A DNA stretch of 64,000 bases, taken from contig NC_043019.1 in NCBI RefSeq assembly GCF_006345805.1, positions 8,927,360 to 8,991,359 on the forward strand, in the 5' to 3' direction. The notes below the pieces were generated by a model that was not told the DNA's origin, made no database searches, and saw nothing but the letters and a program-made list of their open reading frames with translations. The position numbers and the translations under genes are program-made. Each line of letters begins with the position of its first letter. Positions within the stretch are counted from its first letter, which is position 1. Origin of the DNA: Octopus sinensis (lineage: Eukaryota). Positions 40,906 to 53,645 of this stretch are shown piece after piece.

Positions 40906-41199
40906 AGGCGGGGCAGTAATATATATTTATATATTACTATGTGTTTACTCATGAGATGAAAAATACAAATAGAATATTTATTTCTACGTGTGTACATACG
41001 TGGGGGGAGTGTGGTATGCTTGGTGGTGGAGGAGGAGGAGGAGGAGGAGGAGGAGGAGGAGGAGGGGAAGGAGGAGAAGGAGGAGGAATTGAAATTGTAT
41101 GGAATTGTGACATCTTGGCCAACCTGGAGAGGAGGTTTTTACAATATAAGCCATATGGGTGAGATACCTGTGAATACATCCAGCGTATACCAAATAAGA

Positions 41200-41338
41200 A
41201 TTGGTACGACGACCGTCGAGCAAATCCACTGACAAGGCTTTTGTCGGGCACTCAGCGAAGGTGCCACGCTGTGGGATTGAAACCATAGATATGTGGTTGA
41301 GAAGCAAAATGCTCACCACACAGCCACAATGCCTGCGT
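41200..41338 (-). mobile_element. SINE family A, 5' part
   Basis: AAATCCACTGACAAGGCTTT..GGTGCCACGCTGTGGGATTGAA..CTCACCACACAGCCAC. Confidence 0.75.
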
Positions 41339-41634
41339 CTATGTGTGTGGAGGGGTGGAGCTGTATGTGCAAGTATTGGAACTGGGTCTGATAAGTTGTA
41401 GCATGTTCTACAAAACGGTAAATTGGTTGATCAAAGAGAATATACTTGTGCGTACGAAGACACACAAACATAGAGAGAAGGGTAGAGAAGGGGGAAGAGA
41501 GAGAGAGAGAGAGAGAACAGAGACAGACAGTGAGAGGATGAGTGAGACTGAGAGATGAAGCAAGAGAGTAAGAGAACATGGCTAGAATTTAGAAGTGAGA
41601 CGTTTGATGTATGAGATCGGTTTAGGAAAACATG

Positions 41635-41666
<32 letters not shown>

Positions 41667-42079
41667 TGGAAGGCGAGCGGTGATAGTCTGTAGGAGAGTG
41701 TGTTAATAAATAAGGGAGAAAAGTGTATGAGTAGATAAGCGTTAGTAATATACAACATGATACATGGTTGTTGCTCGATTGGAACGAGGAAATTATTTAG
41801 AAATTTAAACAGCAAATTTAATTTGTAGTCTGGAGTCAAAGAGCAATAAAATTTGTTTTTATTATGTTCGGAAAGAAAGATCAGACTGAACGAAACTGAT
41901 TCTGATTGCTTCCATTTGAAATCTCACAAAGTCTGCTTAAATACACGTTAGATTTATTTTAGACGTGCTGTAGCTGCGTCTGTTGTGATAATAACGTTGA
42001 GGAGGAACCAAAAAGATACATACATATATACATACACACATACATATATACATACAGAAACACACATACACACACACAT

Positions 42080-42113
<34 letters not shown>

Positions 42114-42204
42114 AAGTTATATGCCATACATTCATAAATATATATATATATATATTATATATATATATATATATTATATTATATATATATATAATATATA
42201 TATT

Positions 42205-42324
42205 ATATATAGAAGGAGCTTCTACAGGACTAGAACTGTTTCATTCAAGAGAAATCTTCAGGAGCTTCCTGAAGATTTCTCTTGAATGAACAGTTCTAGT
42301 CCTGTAGAAGCTCCTTCTATATAA
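42205..42324. ncRNA. Head-to-head palindrome of two hammerhead motifs
   Basis: Plus strand 42261-42314: GGAGCTTC-CTGAAGA-TTTCTCTTGAAT-GAA(one A missing)-CAG ttctagtc CT GTA-GAAGCTCC, with a perfect 8-bp stem I. The mirror minus-strand copy keeps GAAA but lacks one stem I base. Confidence 0.7.
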
Positions 42325-42426
42325 TAATTAAATTTTACTCTGCTATGTATTGAGTACCTTATTTACTGTGGTTAACCCCGAATCAACCGGGACCTACATA
42401 TATATATATATATATATGTGTGTCTG

Positions 42427-42481
<55 letters not shown>

Positions 42482-42489
42482 ATATCATC

Positions 42490-42830
42490 TTTTATTCTTC
42501 TTCTTGTTTCAGTCATTGGACTGCAATCATGCAAGGGCACCACGTGTAGTCGAGGAAATCGAACTCAGGACTTATTCTTTGTAAGCCTAGAACTTATTCT
42601 ATCAAACGCGTTGGTCGAACCGCTAGGTTACGGGGACAAACATATACACATACATACATATATATACACACATACATACATACACATATATACGTACATA
42701 CATATATACATGTATGTATGTATGTATGTATGTATGTATGTACACACACACACACACACACATAAGCGTAGCGGTGGTTGTGTAGAAAGAAGTTTGCTTT
42801 CCAACCACATCGTTGCGGGTTCAGTCCCGA
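42490..42830. mobile_element. Two SINE family A fragments (3' half on minus, 42490-42642; head on plus, 42765-42830)
   Basis: GGACTTATTCTTTGTAAGCCTAG..CCGCTAGGTTACGGGGAC and CCAACCACATCGTTGCGGGTTCAGTCCC. Confidence 0.7.
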
Positions 42831-43029
42831 AAGTAAATATCTACCAGCTGAACTTTTGCTTATTTAATAAATCCCGGTGTTATATGAACTCAGGTGGTAA
42901 TGGCGGAAGGAATGCCGCTAAGCATTTTACCTGGTGCGTAGCTGTTCTACCTGTGTTCTCCGCCTTCAACACATCAGAACAAATTGATGTGAAATTTTGG
43001 AAGAGGCCAGCAATTTGGAGGAGGTGAGA

Positions 43030-43555
43030 ATAGGTGGATTACATTGACCCCAGTATTTAACCGGTGGTTATTTTATCGACCCAGAAAAGGATGAAAGGGA
43101 AAGCCGACCTTGGTAGCATTTGAACTCAGAACGTAAAAACGAATGAAATGGCGTTAAGCATTTCCTCCGACGTGCGAACGGTTCCGACTTAGAAAGATGT
43201 TAATAATAGTGACATACTTTTCAATTTTGTCGTGGTCGACTTTATCATTTATTTATTTTTTTTTTGTGGTCGATAATATAAGTACCAGTTAAACACTGGG
43301 GTCGATGTAAACGACTTAACTTCACCCCTGAAACTGCTGGCCTTGTGCTGAAATTTAAAAACCAATATTACTGACGTGTTTAAGGTGACAAGCTGTCAGA
43401 GTCGTATGCACGACGGAGAAAATGCTTCGAGACATTTCTTCCGTCTTTACATGCTCAGTTCAAATTCCTCCGTGGTCAACTTTGCCTTTTCATCCTTTTG
43501 GAGTCGGTAAAATAAGTACCAGTTGCGCACTGGGGTCGATGTAATCGACTAAGCC
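43030..43555. mobile_element. Cluster of SINE family B copies (minus 43030-43190; plus 43265-43365; plus 43381-43555)
   Basis: Shared AGTTCAAATTCC..TTTGCCTTTCATCCTTT..AAATAAGTACCAGTT..CACTGGGGTCGATGTAA.CGACT. Confidence 0.8.
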
Positions 43556-44424
43556 TCTCCCTTGATTTTGACAAGAGATCGCAGAGTGGCCCTTTCGCAA
43601 TGGTACGTTTCTTCAGCCGTTGCCCCCCCCCCCTCACTTGAAACCTATTGTCTAAGGAGCGATATGCGGACCTGAGACACGGGTACGAGAGTTTTTCCAA
43701 CATGGTGCTCACCATCAGAAAATATTGCTATTTGTCTAAGAATCTCTTATCACTTCTGCGTAGAGCGAAGTGTCTCTGATATTTCACATTTACTTTCAAG
43801 AGAAAAGTTTATTTAGATTGTTGTAGATATTCAGTATTTACGTCTAAATAATCAATTGAGATGTTTTTCAATTTACATCTACACAATTCTGCATATCTCC
43901 CTCCTACACTCCTCTCTTTCTCCATCTCTCTCTCTTTCTCTCTCTCTTTCCCTCTCTATGTCACCCAACTGTTTTATCTTCTTTGTGACTCACGACTTTA
44001 ATTAGGTGTGCAATGACTGATTCTACCGAAGAAACAATCTAACGAATTAATGTTCCGACCAGGAAACTATAACTAGCAATGGATCACCATGTTTTTTGTG
44101 GCTTTCATAATGATATACCTTTAATTTCTTCACTCATACAGAGCTATACTGCTTGTTGCAAATTGTACCACACAACACAAAACACTCCACCATATACGTA
44201 TTGTATTAATGTATGTATTTCTCAATCTTTGTCTTTATCAGTCACTTTGTGTATCAAGCTGTTTGTCTCAGATTATTTCAACAAGCAGTGAGAGAACACA
44301 GTTTCGTTAAAGATCGAAATATCTTCTCATAAATGAGTACAACAAAAGGCAGGCTGCCTTTTGTTTTATTTTCATTCAGGAAGATATAGGATTATTTTCT
44401 ATAATTTGTCTCTCTGCCTACTTG

Positions 44425-44580
<156 letters not shown>

Positions 44581-44605
44581 TATATATATATACGTGTGTG
44601 TGTGT

Positions 44606-44663
<58 letters not shown>

Positions 44664-44834
44664 AATCATCTGAGCACTTACATCTATATCTATTTATCAA
44701 TCTCTCTCTATATATGTGTGTGTGTACGTATGTATGTATATTTATCTACCTACCTATATCTCTTATCAATATCTTTGATTATCTATCTCTTTATTACAGC
44801 AAAATATTTCCCCTTCTCCCCCCCTCTCCTCTAT

Positions 44835-44865
<31 letters not shown>

Positions 44866-45503
44866 ATACACATTACTCTCTCACGTAGCTACCTATACTA
44901 GTAGACAAAATAAAACTTTCTCCCTCTCAGCCTCCTACTCCATCTCTCTCGCTCTCTCCTCTCCAAATACACTTATCACTCTGAGCAAGCAATCATATTT
45001 GCACTCTGTCCTATTTCTCTAACGACATACAACCAGACACATGAATGTATACACACCTATACACACACATCATCTTGATTATACATTTAAATATACGATT
45101 ACAAACACAGCAGGAAATATATGATTAAATACACAGCATGAACGCATTATGTACATATATAAATATATATGTGTGTATACACATATATATATATGTATAC
45201 ATATACATATATGCATTAGCAGACGAGGACCTTGTGCGCATAAATATATTTTCATACAACCATGTGGATTAAAATCATTTATACGTACATAACAACACGT
45301 GTTCGTATATACATGTCTGTAACACATACAAGCAAGTTAACCCTCATATATATATATTGATGGTTTAAAGATAGATATCAGTGTGTTGAGATGAAATAAC
45401 ACCTAGTGGTATATTGAGTTACAAATATATACAAGCAACTTACATGCATAAAAACGCACGCCTGCATCTATATATCACCAATGCACGCAAATATGCATAT
45501 ATC

Positions 45504-45589
<86 letters not shown>

Positions 45590-45944
45590 TATCATATACG
45601 TACAGAGAACCCCGATACATGCACATATATATCTATGCAGGAGAGTGAATATAAATGCATATGTATATGCACGCCCCTAAATAGGTGATCATAAATACTC
45701 GTCTAAACACACATAACACTTTCATGTACGCATTCCAGTAAATGACACATACATACATATGTATGTATATATATATCAGTTATATATATAGTTGTTATAT
45801 ATAATATATACGCGTGTGTATATATATATATATATATAAATATATATCAATTATATAAATATGTAAATATATACGCGTATTTGTGTGTGTACATATATAT
45901 ATATATATGCATCAATTGTATATATATGTAATATATACACGTAT

Positions 45945-46112
<168 letters not shown>

Positions 46113-46489
46113 GATATAGTTATATATATTCATATATTCAAGTATGTGTTTATTCGTGTGTGTATGTGCGTGCGTGTGTATGTGTGTTCGTGTGTGTGTC
46201 TGTGCATGAGTGTGTATATGCATTAAACATATGTGACAATACTCTGTGTGTTCGCTGACGTCACAACACAAACATGCATAATAAAATTGTGGAAGCTAGA
46301 ACGATGCCTCCCCTAATTCGCACACGTATCCATTAACACATGCATACGTCCTGTGCATGCGTGCGTTATTGAAGTGCATGCGTGCAAACCATACGATATT
46401 TGGACGCAAGGCTGCCCTTCCATCTCCACGACCTTCCCTCCTAATCACTAACCTCCCACCACGTCTTCCCTACTAATTCCCATCTTTCA

Positions 46490-46755
46490 TACGTTTTCTT
46501 CCTTTCTCTCCTCTCCTTCTCTCCTTTACTCTCTCCTTCATGCAATTTATCCCCCCCTCTCTCTTACACAAATTTCATATAACTTTCAGTTTCACAAAAT
46601 TGAGACATTCTCTCTCTCTCTTTCCCTCTCTATTTGTCTCTTTTAGTCTCTCTACTGCTATCTATCTCACTCTCACCGTCCGTCTTTCTCTCTTTCTCAC
46701 TCTCTGTCTCTCTCTCTCCATCTGCCTATTTCCACTTTTGTCTTTCGTTCCCTCT

Positions 46756-46791
<36 letters not shown>

Positions 46792-47070
46792 TTCTCGTTC
46801 TCTTTCTCTCTCTCTCTCTCTGTTTCTCGTTCTCTTTCTCTCTCACTCTCTCTCTCTCTCCTGTCTTTCTCACCTTTTGTCTTTATCTTCTTTTGTTTCC
46901 TCCTCTGTCACTCTCCCCCTCTCTCCCACTGTTTATCTCTCCCTGTGTCTTTTCGTTGCACTGTTTCTCTCTCTCTGTCACACTTTCTCTCTCTCTTTTT
47001 CTCTCTTATTAGCTCTCTCTCCTTTATTCTCTCTTTCTCTCTCCCTCTCTTTCACTCTCTCTCCCCCTCC
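46490..47070. repeat. Polypyrimidine (CT-rich) tract
   Basis: Read directly; similar tracts at 16270-16620 (purine strand) and 39980-40250. Confidence 0.9.
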
Positions 47071-47969
47071 ACCTGCCGCAACAACAGCAGCGTCAATCAA
47101 CAAAACAAACAACGCATCTGACAAACTGACAAACAATAACACAACAACAGCAACAGCAACAACAACACATAATTGCCATGTTTCTTTTGGGGCGCGAATC
47201 TACACATAATGATGCACATATTTGCAAAGCGTGCAACTGCATACAAACTGCAGTTTGATTGCATTCGCGTGCATTACTTCATTTAGTGATCTTTCCATAA
47301 TTTCTCGAAACGCTTTACCAACGCTCATCGTCTCTCTCTCTCTCTCCACTCCAAATGCTTCGATCTCTTCCTCTCCAACTTTCCCCCATCTCCTCCCTTC
47401 TCTCTCTCTCCTTCTCTCTCTTCTTCCCTCTTTCCCTCGTCATCCTTCACAGCACACTCACAAACTATTCATTCCGTCGGTCGGTGGTGGCATGGGTGGA
47501 TGGGTGGATGGTCGAAACAGGTGGAAGGGATCGGGGTTGAAAGGTGGGGAAGGTAGAGGTAGGATGCTTCGATGTGCATTTATCAATCATCAGCTTATCG
47601 ATCAGCCCATTGCGGCTCTCTTGTACAGCCTGCGCTGCATATCATCCGTGATTGCCTCTCCGCCTTTCTGCCTTTCTGCCTTTCTGCATGCCTATATGTC
47701 TGCAGCTTACCTGAATGCCTACCTGCCTTCCTGCCTACCTCTATGCCTACCTATGTGCCTGCCTACCTCACCGCCTAACCACTCGCCAGCCTGTCACCTG
47801 CCTTCTCCACCCGCTCGCCTTCCCCTCTCTACTCCAACCCACACCAACCGCCCGCCTACCCGTCTGTCCGCCTGACAGTCTGCCCGTCCTACCATTCTGT
47901 GGTGTTGAGTAATGTGCGATACTTTTGTATTGTCTTACACAATGTAGCGTACTTTAATATTCTCTTGTG

Positions 47970-48196
47970 AAGGCGGCAGAAACGTTAGCACGCCGGCGAA
48001 ACGCGTGGCCGTAATTCGTCTGCCGTTATGTTCTGAGTTCAAATTCCACTGAGGTCGACTTTGCCTTTCATCCTTTCGGGGTCGATTAAATAAGTACCGA
48101 TTACGCACTGGGGTCGATATAATCGACTTCATCCGTTTGTCTGTCCTTATTTGTCCTCTCTGTGTATAGCCCCTTGTGGATAGTAAAGAAATAAAT
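47970..48196 (+). mobile_element. SINE family B, best-preserved copy
   Basis: AAGGCGGCAGAAACGTTAGCACGCC..GTTCTGAGTTCAAATTCC..GGGGTCGAT..GCCCCTTGTGGATAGTAAAGAAATAA. Confidence 0.9.
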
Positions 48197-49078
48197 ATTT
48201 CGTCTGTCATTTTTTATGAGTTCTAATTCCGAAGAAGAAGACGAAGAAGAAGAAGAAGAAAAAGAAGAAGAAGATAAGGAAATTAATGATTGTTTATTAT
48301 TTACAACAAATTGGTCATCTTCGCTTCTTAAAAATTTTCAATTAATGCTCAAAAATTTAATTACGAAGTTGAACCTTAAATTTACATTTAAGAGACATGA
48401 GTAAAATTTCCTCGGGGGGAAAATGATGTACCTTTGGATGTTTTATGTGGGATTATCAATCCATTGCATCAAATTGTTGAAATGAATTGATACACCAACA
48501 CTTAACAAACCGATGCACATCTTTTTATTGACTTCCTTGTCTCCGTTTTATTTCTTTTTTTTTCTTCATTTAAATGGATATCAAATGTGTACTTTATATA
48601 TACCTATTGTTTTAAGGGAATTTCCATCCCCCAAAAAACTAGGTATTGAGCCACTATCTTCTTGGATGCAACCATCCCTTCAGGAGGGTCACACATCCTC
48701 TAATTTAAGAAATTTTGAGCTGACGAAAGAAATGCTGATTTTATTTGGCTAATCTTGAAACATTGACGTACTCAAACGATCTGTTCTTGTGATATTTTTC
48801 TGTATTTACCTCCAAACCTTCGTGGGCTGTCTGGAGTAAACATTATCTGAGAGAAATTTTCTTTTAAGTAGTAGAAATGCTAAGAAAATTTTTTTTGGCT
48901 GCTATTTCTACTAAGTTCAGTATGTGGCAAAGTAATTTATTTTACTAAGCCCTAATTATATAATGTAATATTTTGAATTCGCCTTAAGTGGTCCTTTTAC
49001 ATACTGAACACTTGGTGAAATTGATTAATTAATTAATTTTACCCTCAATTGTTGATATATATATATATATATATATAT

Positions 49079-49228
49079 TAGAAGAAATAAAATAAAGTGC
49101 TCAGAAATCTGGATGGTTTTATATTTACAGATTTTTATTAATATGTCATATGTGTTTTTAAATCATGTATTAGTGCTTGCATCTACTCTAGTAGAATCTC
49201 CAGATTTCTGAGTACCTTATTTTTTCTA
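49079..49228. mobile_element. MITE-like inverted pair of termini, same family as the 42.3-kb element
   Basis: TAGAAGAAATAAAATAAAGTGCTCAGAAATCTGGA ... TCCAGATTTCTGAGTACCTTATTTTTTCTA; TGAGTACCTTATTT also occurs at 42351-42364. Confidence 0.6.
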
Positions 49229-49259
49229 GTATATAATACCTGCACATCACCCCCAACCA

Positions 49260-49357
<98 letters not shown>

Positions 49358-49451
49358 TATATATTTATAGTTGAGGTTAAGTTACAGGTTATAAAAAACG
49401 TCTAAGGGATAACTTCTATCGTATGAATCCACTGGTGTATTACCTTTATAT

Positions 49452-49612
49452 ACAACGGTATTCTTTCAGTTTCCGCCCACCATATCACCTCACAAGGCCT
49501 TAATCGATCCGTGACTATGATAGAAGACGACTGCAGGTGTCACGCTGTGGGACTGAAACGAGAACCGTGTGGTTGTGTAGCAAGCGTGTTACCACACAGC
49601 CACTCCTGCCCC
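49452..49612 (-). mobile_element. SINE family A, 5' part with intact tRNA-like head
   Basis: Reverse complement GGGGCAGGAGTGGCTGTGTGGTAA..GTTTCAGTCCCACAGCGTG (A-box- and B-box-like). Confidence 0.8.
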
Positions 49613-50123
49613 TGTAATGTATAATAACAGATGTATGATATCAGTTTAATTAGGAACTATTTGATTTAATATTATGTAAAATTTCCCAAAGATCCATTAT
49701 AGAAAAGTAGAATTATCCAGTAGCAGAAACTGTGAGAAGCCTATCAAAAGCCATACCTGCCGGCCAGGTATTATGTAGCCAGGAAACAATCACGATCTCG
49801 TATATTTTGTAAAGAAGAAAATATTTTGAATGATACCACGATGCACTTTAAGACCAACAATGGACTCTAAGTACCGTTGTAATTTAATCGTCCGTAGTTT
49901 GATACGATATTCCGGAATAAAATTCCATCTTCAGATAACCCTAGGAATTGATATTTGTATATTTTTCTATTCAACTCGATATGAAGTTAAAGAAGGCAAT
50001 GAAATTTATGCTCTGGCGGGAATTGTGTTAGAAAACAACAACAATAAAACGTAGGGATGAACATAGATCACATGTCAAGATGAAGACAAACTTGTGAGAA
50101 GAAAGGTATTGGTCCAAATTCAT

Positions 50124-50191
<68 letters not shown>

Positions 50192-50287
50192 TATTATGTT
50201 GCTGCCAGGAAGTACTGTATTCAATGAGGTTCTCGACAATTTTAGTTTTGATAGTAAATGCATAAAATAAAGGTAAGTAAATATGTA

Positions 50288-50565
50288 GTTGTGGAGATGG
50301 CCAAGTGGTCAGCCGTGTTATTCTAACGATCTCAAGTTCGTAGGTCCGATTTCTTGCCAGACTGGTATATATGGCATTCTTGAGCAAGACACTTCATTTA
50401 ACGTTGCCCCAGTCCACTCATCTGTACATGGGTGCACTAGGCTCCGATGAGAGGGGACTGTTGTCCGGCTCACCTAGTCTGCCCTTTGGTATCATTGGAA
50501 AGCTAAAACGATGCAAAGTGCATTGTGACCAGCGATGTATAAGAACATCCGGTAGTCTGGTCGAT
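50288..50565 (+). mobile_element. tRNA-derived SINE family C
   Basis: TGGCCAAGTGG A-box-like head; CTTGAGCAAGACACTTCATTTAACGTTGCCCCAGTCCACTCA shared with 14942-15140. Confidence 0.7.
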
Positions 50566-51194
50566 GCCATGATATACTTATGTCTGTCAGCACTTATTTA
50601 TGTACGACTATGTGCATGCTGGTACATGTCTTTTATCGAAGAAAAACAAAAGAAAAATATACAATCGACTAAAACTAAACCTCAGAAATACGATAAACCG
50701 GTGCTTTCAAACAGATATACTTTGTGCTATATACACCCTTTAAGTTGGCTAAGCATTCTGTACTCCTTTTCTTCTTTCCCATTCATTTTATGACACTCTC
50801 TTTCATTCTCCCACTCCTCCTTCCCTCTTTCTCCCTCTCTCAATTTCATTTTCTCTCTCCCTCTCTCTCCCCCTCTCTCTCTCCCTCTCTCTCTCTCTTC
50901 CTTTCTCTCCACCATGAATTCAGTGATACCATGCTTGGCTGCTCCTTTGGAGAACAAAACCAACGACTAAAAATGCATGATAACAAAAAAAAAACACAAA
51001 TATTAAAAAGTAAAATTGAATAAATTGAAGAAGGAAATGAAAAAAATATTAAAACAATATTAACAATTATGATAATTATAATTATACTAAAATAATAATT
51101 GTGTTTTGTACAGATGGACAGGAACATCAATAAATAGCAACTACAGCATAAATAATAAAGTTAACAACAATACTAAAAATATTAATAATAATAA

Positions 51195-51243
51195 CATCAA
51201 CAAAAGCAGCAGCAACAACAACAACAATAATAATAATAATAAC

Positions 51244-51304
<61 letters not shown>

Positions 51305-51935
51305 TTACTGGCAACAATGATATTGACGACAACAATTAATAATGATAATAATAATGTTAATAATAATAACAATAATATTTCAGACTACGTAAATGATTAA
51401 CTATTATCGATCTTCGATATTGGATTTCCAATCAGGTTATATGTAGTTCTGTGAAACATGATAGTATGTTATTAAATAGCACCACCACCACCACCATCAC
51501 CACTACCACCACCACCACCACCATCACCACCACCACCACCATCACCACTACCACCACCACTACCACCATCACCACCACCATCACCACTACCACCACCACC
51601 ACCACCATCACCACCACCATCACCACCACCACCTCCATCACCACCACCACCACCACCATCACCACCACCACCTCCATCACCACCACCACCATCACCACCA
51701 CCACCACCACCACCACCCACAACCACCATCACCACCACCTCCATCACCACCACCACCATCACCACCACCACCATCACCACCACCACCATCACCACCACCA
51801 CCATCACCACCAGCACCACCACCATCACCATCACCACCACCACCATCACCACCACCACCATCACCACCACCACCATCACCACCAGCACCACCACCATCAC
51901 CATCACCACCACCACCACCATCACCACCACATCCA
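51195..51935. repeat. (AAT)n block and about 450-bp (CAC/CACCAT)n block
   Basis: Read directly; source of the poly-N, poly-T, poly-H and poly-G ORFs. Confidence 0.95.
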
Positions 51936-52286
51936 CCATTACATGCGTGTGTATGCAGACTGTATATGTGTTGTCGTACGTACGTGCGTGTGTGTTTGAT
52001 AATTGTATGTTCACCTATAGATTAATACCTGTGTGTTTATGTATATACGTAAGGATATGTGTGTGTATTTGGGGAAAATACGTGTTTTGTGTGACAAACG
52101 TGTATAAAAATCTAGGTGCATGCTTGTGTGTAAGTGTATGGTCTGTGTATATGTGTATATGTGATATTCATGCGTACGTCTGTATATGTACGAATGTGTT
52201 TCTTTTGTGTGTGTGCATTTGTGAATATAATATAATCGCGTACGTACATACATAGGTACATTATATATATATATTATATATATATG

Positions 52287-52317
<31 letters not shown>

Positions 52318-52346
52318 GATATATATATATATATATATATATATGT

Positions 52347-52384
<38 letters not shown>

Positions 52385-52421
52385 TATATATATATGTATT
52401 TGTGTGTGGTGTGTATATGTA

Positions 52422-52478
<57 letters not shown>

Positions 52479-52480
52479 TA

Positions 52481-52957
52481 TATTAATAAATAAAATAAAA
52501 CATATGCATATATATATACATATATGTACGTACCTACCTCTACATGTATATATACACGCATGTATGAGTAAAAGACACCAAAAGGACGTCGAACACATAG
52601 AGAGACGAAAACATGGATACAAACCCAAGGAACTGGACATTTTTCTTAAACAACAAAAAAGTTGAGTACAGTACAAATAACACAAGGAAAAAGCCCCTTC
52701 ACCTTCGAAAGGTAGAGTAGATGAAACCATGGCGACTGAAGAAGGGGTTTTTTCCTTGTGTTATTTGTCCTGTACTCTATTTTTTTGTTGTTTAAGAAAA
52801 ATGTCCAGTTCCTTGGGTTTGTGTCTATGTTTTCGTTTCTCATTGTGTTCGACGTTTTTTTGGTGTCTTTTACTCATACATGCGTGTATATATACATGTA
52901 GAGGTAGGTACGTACATATATGTATATATATATGCATATGTTTTATTTATTAATATA
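52481..52957. mobile_element. Foldback palindrome (about 475 bp) of a PLE-LTR-like repeat (working family H2)
   Basis: Arms of about 215 bp are complementary; the central spacer CCTTCGAAAGGTAGAGTAGATGAAACCATGGCGACTGAAGAAGGGG holds HHR-like GAAA and CTGAAGA boxes; flanked by (TA)n. Confidence 0.85.
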
Positions 52958-53645
52958 TTATATGACGGAACGCACGCATCCCTTTCTAAATAAGATTGTT
53001 CTTGATAAAAATATATTTGTCCTTGTGTAACCTGTCCTGTATTTGGTTTTCGTTTTCCGTTTTCTTGTTTTTTGTTTTTTTCTGTTTCTACGTCTTATTG
53101 TGATGTCCTGTACTTCCGTATAATTATTTATATATGCATGTATATATACATGTAGATGTAGGTACGTACATATATGTTTGTATGTATGCATATATTTTTA
53201 TTTATCTCCTTATTGTCTGACAGCGCCCCGCATCAGGTTCGTTCCGATTCGTCGTTTCGATCCACTTCTTGGTCCCCTTTTTTTATATTAATATTATTAT
53301 ATTGAAGATGCGGTACTCTCTCCCTTTGCTTTAACCTCTTCAATCTTTCTCCCTCCCCCTCCTCCTCTCTCTTCGCCGCGTGTCCCCCTCCTCCTTCCCT
53401 CTTCCTTGCCTATAAAACAAAATTCCTTTACACGTGGTTACCACTATTGAAAAGAAATTTTCGAGTTACTGTTCATCTGCGTTGTGAGAAAATTGCTGCT
53501 GCTATTTAAGAGAATTCGAAGTTGTAATATCATTGTTTGTGTAAACTGTTCTGAACAGTACCCGTTGTAAAACGATAATTTTCGCCTACGGGGCAGAAAA
53601 TTTTGTACTAACCATACTTTGTTCCTTAAAGGTAACTTTCAGAGA

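Noticed and set aside
48200-48950. Possible decayed PLE linker/endonuclease on the minus strand (GDGNSLKTIGIYKVHI)
   Set aside because: Many stops and no YIG motif; cannot be supported without a profile search.
51451-52014. Poly-Thr/His and poly-Gly/Val ORFs
   Set aside because: Pure (CAC/CAT)n repeat.
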